NCBI GenBank assembly: GCA_037925075.1
Contig: JAXSNR010000002.1
Location: 576,001-640,000 of the forward strand
DNA from: Aquificaceae bacterium
Lineage (GTDB): Bacteria; Aquificota; Aquificia; Aquificales; Aquificaceae
Length of the DNA stretch: 64,000 nucleotides
Direction: 5' to 3'
A program made the position numbers and the translations under genes. Of this stretch, positions 46,592-54,987 are shown piece by piece; position 1 is the stretch's first letter, and every line of letters begins with the position of its first letter. Below the pieces are notes generated by a model that saw nothing but the letters and a program-made list of their open reading frames with translations, had not been told where the DNA came from and did not search any database.

Positions 46592-49500
46592 AGTACAAAC
46601 CTACCCGTTTGAGGTCCCAATTGTTGTTGTATGTTAAATATGCTACCTGTACTGATTTGTCCTATAACCCTTCCCTCCCCGGCGGAGCTTCTTACAAACC
46701 TGAACACTTCCCCAAGGGGTGGAGAGCCGTAGCCAACAAGGAAGGTGGATTTTACCTTGCTTCCTTCTGTGTTGTTAGGCATAACCAGAGGTGGCCTTGA
46801 AAGTGGCAAGCCAGTTTTGTAGTTAAGGGCTGTTATGTAGGTTTCTCCCATAGGCGTGCAAGAATCATCGGAAGGCACAAAGTACATACTGAGCACTACT
46901 CCAAAGGACACAAAGGGCCTTGAGTAAGCCAATGCCCCCTGTCCAAGATAGTAGTACCAACCTTTTTTATTACTTTGTAGCCTGCATAGATCCACCTGAG
47001 CGTTTGTGCTTATGTATACATTCTTAAGGCTACAGCTTTGACCCACGCATTCACATATCTGCCTTGTTTGACCTTGGGTAAAGTTAAGAGAGCTTGTAGA
47101 ACAGTTATCATAACCATTCATATTGTTGGCATCCGCGAGGTCTGTTCCCCCTATGACAGCAGAGCAATTATCAGTAAAGTAATTGTTGGTCGAATCCCAG
47201 CATGGGTCTTTGAAGCCTATTATGTAATTTTTGTAAGGTACTTGCCTGTGATTGGCTGAAAAATACAAGCCGGTGTTTAGGTAAATCCAGAGGTTGTTGT
47301 TTTCATCCTTTGTAGCGGTTACTCCCGCAAAAACTGGTGGCGTGTTTGCATTATCCGAAAAGCCATCCAAGTCTATGACCTTTTTAACATCGTTTATAGT
47401 AAGGCTTGCTGGATCCTTGTAGTTATTCTGTCCTGTTTTGAGAGCAATCCTATATAACCCACCCCATGTTTTTCCGTTGCTTTTGTATCCATACATTCCA
47501 AAGTATATGACATCGTCCTGATAGTCACCATCCACATCAAACACCATAGAATCCCCGACCGCAGCCTTTGTATTCTGAGGCAAGAGAGAATTAAGGCCCA
47601 GAGTTTTTACAATTTGGCCATTGTCCGCTTTTACTATGTACAGTTTAGGTGTTGAAGGGAATTTATCATAAGAATCCGCATTTGGATCCAGTGGTCCGGA
47701 ACCAAGCACAAAGTACCATTTTCCGTTTTTGTTTTTGTCTCCAATTCTCACCCTTGCGGGATAGGAAGTGGCAAGTGTGCCATCAATTTTTATTTCCCAC
47801 ATAAGCTCTGGAAGTGTGTTTCCAGTGTTGTCGTTAAGGTAGTTGTTAAGCTTTAGTAAAAATACACTTGATGAGTAGCTTCCCAGCTGCTTACCTCCCA
47901 TTCCCATGGTGCCCAGAAGGTATGTCCTCCAGCTACCTTGAGTTTTGTCAGCGTCTGGGTCATAGTTTTTATCAAAGCTTGCGTCAAAGACCTCAAGCCT
48001 GTAGTCCACTATGGGTATATAACCCTTGTTTGCCGAACAGTATTCCGGATGGCCATACCAGAGCATATAAGGTAGTGCATTCTGAGGTATAAAGGCGAAC
48101 TCTTCTTCTTCTACCCTGTTTGTTAAATCACTACTCGGATCATCCACAAGCTTTATGGGTTGCCATGTGTTACCTGTTTCTTTTAGATGTCCTATCCTAA
48201 AGAAATGAACCATACCTTCGTTAGAAGCCACATAGGCAATGGACCTTCTGTTTTTGTAAGAAGTGCTTTGCACATACTGCCTGTAGGTTTCATCCTCGTA
48301 CACGGACACGTATTTGAAGTTTAGAGGTTGGTTTCCTGCTACTGTGGGAGTAGAGTAAACAACAGGTCCCATTTTCCAGGGAGTATTAGTACCTTGACTG
48401 TAGTTATAACACAGCTGGCTAACATCAAAGGTTCTTTTTCTCGCGGTGTATTGTATGCATTGTGAATCTTGATCCCCACGTAGATATTCAATCACACAAT
48501 CTACCTGTGAGTTTGTTAAAGTGGAATCAATCACATCCCAATAGGGCTTTATGTCGCTCCTGTTGGATGTTTTAAACTCTTTTAGCTGGCCGTTGTTGTT
48601 GAAGTATATTTTTCTGCTGTCTTTTGAGGTTATTGCAAGCTTACAATCAAACTGAAGGGTTGGCTTTAGCTGTATAGGATTAGTAATTTGTGCAGATGAG
48701 CACACGCTTGAGCCTTCATCTGGGTCAGAATCAAAGAGAGCGACTTTAACCTCGTTTGTGGAGGTAAAGAAGAACCTAAAAACCTTGTCCCTGTAATCTC
48801 CTAATAAGGTTAAAAGCTTATCCATTACCGTATCTTCTCTTAGCTCTTGGCCGGGGTCTACCCAGTATCCTCTAAAGCTTCCCATCCATTTCACCAATAA
48901 ACCTTCTCTGGTGGTGTATTCTGGATAAAAGGCTGGTTGAATTATAGCGGAAGAGGTTTGATACCTTGATGTCAAGGTTGCCACCGTAGCACCAGAAGAG
49001 GCTCTTTTGAGAATATCGGAGAAGGCGGATAATAGGGCATTTTTAAGAGAGTTAGCATCATCCGCTTCATAAAAGTTATAAGGAAGGCCATCCTGAGGAG
49101 AGTTAGAAAAAGTGTCCCATTCTGAGCAAAGGTTATTCCAAGTTCCGTTTGGGTTGCACTGAGAAAGGGGATAGGTTACTCCTCTGCTGTTGCAAAAGGT
49201 GGCAGAAATAGTTTGTATATTTGTTCTTACTGTAGAGTCAAGACCTGAGCAATAGCCAGAACCATTGGGATACTGAATGTTTGTAAAAGGATAGGGCCAG
49301 GTATTGTTATCCTTGTCTTCAAAGCCCCCAAAAATGGCGGTGGTTATCATAGCCTGTCTTCCTTGAAGTTTTGTACTCTGTTCCAAATCTCCAAAGGCAT
49401 AAACAGCATAGGTATAAACATTTTGCTTTCCGGATATGTCGTTTCTGAGATCCTCCGTTGCCATAACGCGGGCTGGCACTACTGGGTCTACGCCTCCATT

Positions 49501-50556
49501 CCAAGCCCCGTCAGAAAGCAAAAGAACAAAACCTTTTCTACAGGAAACCGCACGGGAGTTTTGACCAGACCCATCGTAGTAAGGATCCATATTGGCATTA
49601 CCTCTTCCAATATAGGCATTATTTGCTTCGTAGTTATGGTCATTACTCTGTCTGTAAAAATCATAAGCCTCCCAAAGGGCTTCTCCGGTGGGTGTTCCCC
49701 AGTAAGGTAGTTCGTTATTTATAGCACTGATCAAGCTTGAAAGGGTAGCTGTTTTTCCCGTCCTTATTTCTCCATATCTACCATCTGATGCAAATACCAT
49801 AAATTCCATTATCAGTTGACATTTATCGTTTACTTGTCCATTTAGGTCGCTGGTATCACAAAAGGAATGAATAATTCCCCTAATAGAGCTTGGGTCGGAG
49901 GGTCTAATCTTTATCTGGGCGTTGGAAATAGAGTTGTTTCCAAGAGGGCAAGTACCATTATAGTTTTGTATAGTTATCCTTCTGTTGCTTGTAGTATTTG
50001 CGGTTATGGAAAATGTGCATTTTAAGTTGTTATCGTAAATAGTATATGTGCCTCCCTCACTTTCAAGAAAGGTATTACCACCCGAGTAAGAGGTCCTTCC
50101 TCCCGTAAGCACAGCTCTGGCTATATCTATCCTTGTTGTAGTGATCCAGTTCAAAAGATTACCTGAAATGCAAGTGCTTGTCCCAATCTTATTTGAACAA
50201 TTACAGTTCTTTTCCTGAAAGACAGAGGAGGAATATTCATAACACTTATTAGGGTCAAAGTATCCTGAATAGGTTTTATTGGTGTCATACCTCCAAGGAG
50301 AATCACTTTGAGCTGTACTAGTGCCACATCTAGCTACGTAGCCTGAATACCCTCCAAAATTACAAGGTACATAGGCAGGAAACTGCATAGAGCCTGAGAA
50401 GTCCATGACTATGAGGACATTTGGCTTTACGCTTGTTCCCACAAAAGGTGGTACATAGCAATAATCGTTCATATTAACGCTTTGAGGTCTTGAAGGGCTT
50501 ATAAGTAGTATGGTCAAAAAGATTAGGGCTTTCACAAAAAGCTGTACCTTTCTCAT
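46576..50556 (-). CDS. pilY1: Pilus tip adhesin PilY1 (vWA domain plus beta-propeller)
   Basis: PNVLIVMDFSGSM MIDAS, GTPTGEAL, LLSDG, SNEGMVH, FAFIP, DVDGDYQDD Ca-site, KGWY. Confidence 0.9.
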   Translation of the reverse strand: MRKVQLFVKALIFLTILLISPSRPQSVNMNDYCYVPPFVGTSVKPNVLIVMDFSGSMQFPAYVPCNFGGYSGYVARCGTSTAQSDSPWRYDTNKTYSGYFDPNKCYEYSSSVFQEKNCNCSNKIGTSTCISGNLLNWITTTRIDIARAVLTGGRTSYSGGNTFLESEGGTYTIYDNNLKCTFSITANTTSNRRITIQNYNGTCPLGNNSISNAQIKIRPSDPSSIRGIIHSFCDTSDLNGQVNDKCQLIMEFMVFASDGRYGEIRTGKTATLSSLISAINNELPYWGTPTGEALWEAYDFYRQSNDHNYEANNAYIGRGNANMDPYYDGSGQNSRAVSCRKGFVLLLSDGAWNGGVDPVVPARVMATEDLRNDISGKQNVYTYAVYAFGDLEQSTKLQGRQAMITTAIFGGFEDKDNNTWPYPFTNIQYPNGSGYCSGLDSTVRTNIQTISATFCNSRGVTYPLSQCNPNGTWNNLCSEWDTFSNSPQDGLPYNFYEADDANSLKNALLSAFSDILKRASSGATVATLTSRYQTSSAIIQPAFYPEYTTREGLLVKWMGSFRGYWVDPGQELREDTVMDKLLTLLGDYRDKVFRFFFTSTNEVKVALFDSDPDEGSSVCSSAQITNPIQLKPTLQFDCKLAITSKDSRKIYFNNNGQLKEFKTSNRSDIKPYWDVIDSTLTNSQVDCVIEYLRGDQDSQCIQYTARKRTFDVSQLCYNYSQGTNTPWKMGPVVYSTPTVAGNQPLNFKYVSVYEDETYRQYVQSTSYKNRRSIAYVASNEGMVHFFRIGHLKETGNTWQPIKLVDDPSSDLTNRVEEEEFAFIPQNALPYMLWYGHPEYCSANKGYIPIVDYRLEVFDASFDKNYDPDADKTQGSWRTYLLGTMGMGGKQLGSYSSSVFLLKLNNYLNDNTGNTLPELMWEIKIDGTLATSYPARVRIGDKNKNGKWYFVLGSGPLDPNADSYDKFPSTPKLYIVKADNGQIVKTLGLNSLLPQNTKAAVGDSMVFDVDGDYQDDVIYFGMYGYKSNGKTWGGLYRIALKTGQNNYKDPASLTINDVKKVIDLDGFSDNANTPPVFAGVTATKDENNNLWIYLNTGLYFSANHRQVPYKNYIIGFKDPCWDSTNNYFTDNCSAVIGGTDLADANNMNGYDNCSTSSLNFTQGQTRQICECVGQSCSLKNVYISTNAQVDLCRLQSNKKGWYYYLGQGALAYSRPFVSFGVVLSMYFVPSDDSCTPMGETYITALNYKTGLPLSRPPLVMPNNTEGSKVKSTFLVGYGSPPLGEVFRFVRSSAGEGRVIGQISTGSIFNIQQQLGPQTGRFVLWIEK

Positions 50557-50558
50557 GG

Positions 50559-50819
50559 TTAATCCCACCATCCTAATATTTTTATGTGCTTGGCTTCGTT
50601 GGCTTGATTAAACTCTACTTTTATAGTTCTTGCATGCTGTAATACATCAACCCCCAAACGCTCACCAGTTGGACTTTCCACTATTACATCCTTTGCAAGC
50701 TTGTAGCTTTTGCCGTTCACTATTAAACTATCTCCTTTAACCATAGCCTTAATCCCATTTAGCTCCAATCCCACAACAATACCAACAAGCACTAAAGCCA
50801 AGAAAAATAGCCTAACCAT
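50559..50819 (-). CDS. Small exported protein (PilY2-like)
   Basis: Signal peptide, LIVNGKSYKL beta-rich; heads the pilY1 operon; GGAGG RBS. Confidence 0.55.
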   Translation of the reverse strand: MVRLFFLALVLVGIVVGLELNGIKAMVKGDSLIVNGKSYKLAKDVIVESPTGERLGVDVLQHARTIKVEFNQANEAKHIKILGWWD

Positions 50820-50965
50820 CTCATACCTCCTTTATACCTAAATATGCGACAAGCCTTTTACCCTTTGCGTGAAGAATAGGTTAAGCTTTGTATTGATAAA
50901 GGTCATAGGTCCAAGAGAAAAGGACAGTTTAAAATAAAAGCAAAACTCAAAAAGGAGGTGTTCTC

Positions 50966-51475
50966 ATGGCTCAGACTGTTAATCTTAAAGGCAACCCTGT
51001 TGCCCTTTGCGGACCTACTTTAAAGGTAGGAGATCCTGCCCCAGTGGCTTATGTGGTTACAAAGGACCTTCAGGAGATAGCCATAGGCGGTGCCGGTGAG
51101 AAGGTACAAGTAATAATCACCGTGCCCTCTTTGGACACTCCCGTGTGTGAAACGGAGACAAAGAAGTTTAACGAGCTTATGGCTGGTATGGATGGCGTAG
51201 CGGTATGTGTTATATCCATGGACCTGCCTTTTGCTCAGAAAAGGTTCTGCGAAAGCTTCAACATAGGCAATGTGGTGGTCGCCTCTGACTTCAGATACAG
51301 GGACATGGAAAAGTACGGAGTGCTTATATCTGAGGGAGCTCTCAAAGGTATCCTTGCCAGGGCTATCTTTGTAGTGGACAAACGGGGCAAGATTGCATAC
51401 ATACAGCTTGTGCCAGAAATCACCCAAGAACCCAATTACGAAGAGGTGGTCGCAAAGGTAAAGGAGCTTTTATAA
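50966..51475 (+). CDS. tpx: Thiol peroxidase Tpx
   Basis: VPSLDTPVC, SMDLPFAQKRFC, LARAIFV, EPNYE. Confidence 0.96.
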   Translation: MAQTVNLKGNPVALCGPTLKVGDPAPVAYVVTKDLQEIAIGGAGEKVQVIITVPSLDTPVCETETKKFNELMAGMDGVAVCVISMDLPFAQKRFCESFNIGNVVVASDFRYRDMEKYGVLISEGALKGILARAIFVVDKRGKIAYIQLVPEITQEPNYEEVVAKVKELL

Positions 51476-51482
51476 GACCCTT

Positions 51483-51497
51483 GGGGGCTTTGCCCCC
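51483..51497 (+). terminator. Hairpin terminator after tpx
   Basis: GGGGGC-TTT-GCCCCC followed by TTGTTT. Confidence 0.65.
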
Positions 51498-51529
51498 TTG
51501 TTTAGACTCTTGACATATATTAAAAAGGG

Positions 51530-52075
51530 ATGGAGGTTAAAACTAAGCTAAGTGCAAAAGAGCTTTTTGAAATCTATCCAGAGGAAAGCAGGGTGGAACT
51601 TATTGATGGGGAGGTGTATGAAATGCCCGCTCCAAATCCCATACATCAAAGGGTGCTATTTAGGCTTGCGAGAAAAACACAGGAATATATAGAGATAGCA
51701 GGCATACAAGGTGAAGTCTTTTTGTCTCCCATAGATGTGGTTTTATCCGAGGACACGGTTTTACAACCGGATATAGTTTATGTCTCCGACCTTTCAAAGG
51801 TAAGGGACAAGATAGACGGTGCTCCGGAACTTGTGGTGGAAGTGGTATCGCCTTCAACTTTAAAGAGGGACATATCAGATAAGATGAGGGTTTATCAGGA
51901 TTACGGGGTAAAAGAATACTGGCTTGTTTTTCCCTTAGAGAAAACTATTGTGATCTATGAATTTACACAAAAGGGCTATGAGGCATTCTCCTTCGCTACA
52001 GAAAAGGGAAAAATAAAGTCCAAAGTGCTTGAAGGTTTTGAGATTGAAGTTGATGAAGTTTTCGGGGGCATATGA
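51530..52075 (+). CDS. Uma2 family endonuclease
   Basis: VELIDGEVYEMPAP, LQPDI, PELVVEVVSPST, GVKEYWLV. Confidence 0.93.
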   Translation: MEVKTKLSAKELFEIYPEESRVELIDGEVYEMPAPNPIHQRVLFRLARKTQEYIEIAGIQGEVFLSPIDVVLSEDTVLQPDIVYVSDLSKVRDKIDGAPELVVEVVSPSTLKRDISDKMRVYQDYGVKEYWLVFPLEKTIVIYEFTQKGYEAFSFATEKGKIKSKVLEGFEIEVDEVFGGI

Positions 52076-52610
52076 TGGAGGTTAAAACCAAGCTAAGTGC
52101 AAAAGAGCTTTTTGAAATCTATCCAGAGGAAAGTAGAGTGGAGCTTATTGATGGTGAGGTGTATGAAATGCCGGCTCCAAGTTTGTTGCATCAAGAGGTG
52201 CTTATGCGTATTGCTTTTGCACTTAGGAACTTTGTTAAAGAAAAGGGTATAGGGAACGTTTATCTCCCGTTGATGTGGTTTTTTCCGAAGATGTTGTCCT
52301 ACAGCCAGACATTGTTTGGGTTAGAGATTTTTCAATCTTTGAGCGACACATAAGCAAAGTGCCTGACCTTGTAGTGGAAGTGGTATCACCATCAACCTTG
52401 AAAAGGGACATGGTGGATAAAATGAAGGTCTATCAAGAGTATGGGGTAAAAGAGTACTGGCTTGTTTTTCCTTTGGAAAAGGCTATTGTGGTTTATGAAC
52501 TTACAACAAAAGGCTATGAGGTCTTTTCCTTTGCAACAGAAAAGGGTAAGGTAAAATCCAAAGTCCTTGAAGGTTTTGAGGTTGAAGTTAGTGAGATTTT
52601 TATCTTATAA
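52072..52610 (+). pseudogene. Frameshifted tandem duplicate of Uma2
   Basis: First 35 aa identical to the upstream copy; frameshift near 52260 in the V(F)LSPVDV segment; remainder in ORF 52275-52610. Confidence 0.85.
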
Positions 52611-52631
52611 TAAAAGGGAGGAGGTTTTATC

Positions 52632-52844
52632 GTGGAAAGGGAAAGGCTTTTTTCAAAAAGGCTTAACGCTGGGAAAAGAACCTATTTCTTTGATGTGAAA
52701 AAGGGAAGGGATGGTTCAGCCTATGTTGTAATTACGGAGCAAACTGAGGATAGGAAAAGTAGGCTTATGGTTTTTGAAGACCGGGCGGGCGAATTTATGG
52801 CGGTTCTCAAAGAAGTAGTGGATAAGATGAAAGAAGTTAAGTAG
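52632..52844 (+). CDS. PUR-alpha-like / DUF3276 ssDNA/RNA-binding protein
   Basis: LFSKRLNAGKRTYFFDVK...YVVITE; GGAGGAGG RBS with GTG start. Confidence 0.85.
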   Translation: MERERLFSKRLNAGKRTYFFDVKKGRDGSAYVVITEQTEDRKSRLMVFEDRAGEFMAVLKEVVDKMKEVK

Positions 52845-52869
52845 TATAGATTTTCAGGAGGTGGGAGTG

Positions 52870-53109
52870 ATGAGAAGGTTTATCCTTCTTATACCACTCA
52901 TTAGCTTTGCCATTGAGGAGTGCAAGCCTTCCGTAAGCCTTGAACAGGCTATAAACAATGCCAAACAATATGTGGGCTCCGTGCAATCTGCTCAGCTTTC
53001 TCAAAATAAGAAAACGGGTGAATGTTTTTACAGGGTTAGAGGTGCTGAGGGTACCGCAATGATTGACGCAAAGGATGGAAAGCTTTTGAGGTTTTACAGA
53101 AAAAGGTAG
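52870..53109 (+). CDS. PepSY-like small exported protein
   Basis: Signal peptide; VSLEQAINNA; IDAKDGKLL. Confidence 0.75.
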   Translation: MRRFILLIPLISFAIEECKPSVSLEQAINNAKQYVGSVQSAQLSQNKKTGECFYRVRGAEGTAMIDAKDGKLLRFYRKR

Positions 53110-53110
53110 C

Positions 53111-53641
53111 TTACTTTGAGGGTCTAAAGGCTTTTACTTTGCTTTCGTCGGTGGTTATGTAGGGGCCACCTATAAGGTCTATACAATAGGGAACTGCAGG
53201 AAAAACCGCATCAAGGCAAACCTTTATGGATTGTGGCTTTCCGGGAAGGTTTATTATAAGGGTTTTGTTTCTTATACCCGCGGTCTGGCGGGACAGTATG
53301 GCTGTGGGTACTTGCCTTAGAGATACCGCTCTCATAAGCTCACCAAAGCCCGGAAGCATCTTTTGGCATACCGCCTCGGTAGCCTCTGGGGTCACATCTC
53401 TTGGTGCAGGTCCTGTGCCACCTGTGGTAAGGATAAGACAACAACCTTCCACATCCGCCATGTGTATGAGGGCACCTTCTATAAGGTCTCTTTCATCGGG
53501 GACTATACGATACACCACCTCAAAAGGTGAGGTCATAACCTCGTTTAAGTAATCTATTATGTATTTACCGCTTATGTCTTCGTATTCTCCTCTGCTTGCC
53601 CTGTCAGAGATGGTCAAGACGCCTACCTTCGCCTTTTCCAT
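53111..53641 (-). CDS. mog: Molybdopterin adenylyltransferase MogA
   Basis: TISDRASRGEYED, TTGGTGPAPRDVTPEAT, PTAILSRQ, NLPGKP. Confidence 0.96.
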   Translation of the reverse strand: MEKAKVGVLTISDRASRGEYEDISGKYIIDYLNEVMTSPFEVVYRIVPDERDLIEGALIHMADVEGCCLILTTGGTGPAPRDVTPEATEAVCQKMLPGFGELMRAVSLRQVPTAILSRQTAGIRNKTLIINLPGKPQSIKVCLDAVFPAVPYCIDLIGGPYITTDESKVKAFRPSK

Positions 53642-53660
53642 GGGATTAACATTATAAAAT
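53642..53660. promoter_or_regulatory. Bidirectional leaderless promoter
   Basis: 19-bp gap; TAACAT-8nt-ATG on +, TATAAT-9nt-ATG on -. Confidence 0.45.
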
Positions 53661-54024
53661 ATGGAACAAAGACCAAGATGGGTATATAGACTTCAAAACT
53701 ACAAGAAGGCTCTGGCTCAACTTCGCCTTGCGGTGGAGCTACACAAGGAGAAGGGTTTAAGCGACCTTGAAGAGCAAGGTCTTATTCAGGCTTTTGAGTA
53801 TGTGTTTGAGCTTGGTTGGAACCTTTTGAGAGATTACCTTATCTATCAAGGACACACAGACATAAAGGGTTCAAGGGATGCCATAAGGTTGGCTTTTAAA
53901 TACGGCCAATCAAGAGCTTGCGGAACAGGTGGTGGAAAGGGTGGTAAGGGAGTACCTTTTGGAGTTTGAAGGGCTGTTGCTAACCTTTGAAAAGATAGAA
54001 GAGGAGTACAAGGATGTCTCTTGA
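53661..54024 (+). pseudogene. HEPN (HI0074-like) toxin with an internal deletion removing the catalytic motif
   Basis: RW..RLQNY, GLIQAFEYVFELGW, SRDAIRLAFKYG, then frameshift at about 53906. The C-terminal helix NQELAEQVVERVVREYL... continues in another frame to TGA 54024. Confidence 0.8.
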
Positions 54025-54289
54025 CCAAAGGGTAATAAGCCTTTTGAAGGAAGTGTTTGAGAGGTATCCTGAAGTTAAAAAGGTATACCTTTTTGGCTCA
54101 AGGGCAAAGGGGAATGCTAAAAAGGGTTCGGACATAGACCTTTTTCTTGTGGCTCCAGACATGAGCTTTGAAAGATACTTAAGCCTCTATGCGGAGCTTG
54201 AGGACTTGGACATACCTTATAAGATAGACCTTGTAAAGGATTGGCAAATGCCCGAGGAGGCGGTGGAGATATACTCAAGGGAACCTTGA
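54014..54289 (+). CDS. Minimal nucleotidyltransferase (MNT)
   Basis: VYLFGSRAKG...SDIDL, PYKIDLV. Confidence 0.9.
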   Translation: MSLDQRVISLLKEVFERYPEVKKVYLFGSRAKGNAKKGSDIDLFLVAPDMSFERYLSLYAELEDLDIPYKIDLVKDWQMPEEAVEIYSREP

Positions 54290-54325
54290 CAGGTGATACT
54301 GTGAATGTTAAAATCACTTTCAATA
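54286..54325 (+). promoter_or_regulatory. Sigma70 promoter with overlapping Fur-family-like box
   Basis: TTGACA(54286)-17nt-TAAAAT(54309); 7-1-7 TTAAAAT-C-ACTTTCA over the -10 and start site. Confidence 0.6.
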
Positions 54326-54591
54326 TGAAGCTTGTGGTCTCCCTTTTAAGCACTCTGCTTTTGCTCTTTGTGGATTTTGCCATTGCGGAGCACCATCACG
54401 AAGACCACAGGCTTCATGTGGATTGTTCCGTATGTATAGTCCAGCATACCCAAATAGATACACAAAGCTATGAGCCTGCGATACAGATAAGGTTTATAGT
54501 CCTTTTTACAGAAATAAAAGAATCTCCTCAAGAGCCAACCTTTAAACCTCTTCTAAAAAGCATACAAGGGCGGGCACCTCCCTTAGCTTAA
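54325..54591 (+). CDS. Leader/arrest peptide: signal peptide, His-rich/CxxC, C-terminal RAPP (DUF2946/CruR/CutF-like)
   Basis: MKLVVSLLSTLLLLFVDFAIA-EHHHEDHRLHVDCSVCIVQH...SIQGRAPPLA*; 88 aa; directly after the promoter. Confidence 0.8.
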   Translation: MKLVVSLLSTLLLLFVDFAIAEHHHEDHRLHVDCSVCIVQHTQIDTQSYEPAIQIRFIVLFTEIKESPQEPTFKPLLKSIQGRAPPLA

Positions 54592-54636
54592 GTTTTCCCA
54601 CCGACCCTTACATCACCAAAAAAGGAGGTGCTTGCC
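54569..54636 (+). promoter_or_regulatory. Anti-Shine-Dalgarno helix (RAPP codons pair with the downstream RBS)
   Basis: GGCGGGCACCTCC (54569-81) pairs with GGAGGTGCTTGCC (54624-36): 13 bp, 2 G-U, ending at the ATG 54637. Confidence 0.75.
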
Positions 54637-54975
54637 ATGAAGGTTTTATACATATTTAGCACACCAAACAGTGCCAGCTACATACTTGGAAGAATGATAC
54701 TACCTCAGCTTGAAAACGACGCCCACCCGGTGGAGGTGGTGGGTATGTTTTTCTTGCTTGACAATAACTATGTGCTTGTAAGGGACAATCCCATTGGGGT
54801 AAGGCTTTCAAAACTCTTGAAGGAGGGCAAAATGGGCTTCCTTACGGGATGCGACCAGTGTTGTTATGAGAGAAACATAGCGGACAAGCTTGTAGAAGGT
54901 GCCACCATTGGATGCTTTCCAAACCTATACGGAAAAGCCCAACAGCTTGGCGTACAGCAGGTAATAACACTATAG
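54637..54975 (+). CDS. DsrE-related protein (SaoD-like)
   Basis: MKVLYIF, YILGRMILPQLE, VVGMFF, NPIG, GCDQCCYERN, IGCFPNLY, QVITL. Confidence 0.75.
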   Translation: MKVLYIFSTPNSASYILGRMILPQLENDAHPVEVVGMFFLLDNNYVLVRDNPIGVRLSKLLKEGKMGFLTGCDQCCYERNIADKLVEGATIGCFPNLYGKAQQLGVQQVITL

Positions 54976-54987
54976 GGAGGTAGAAAC

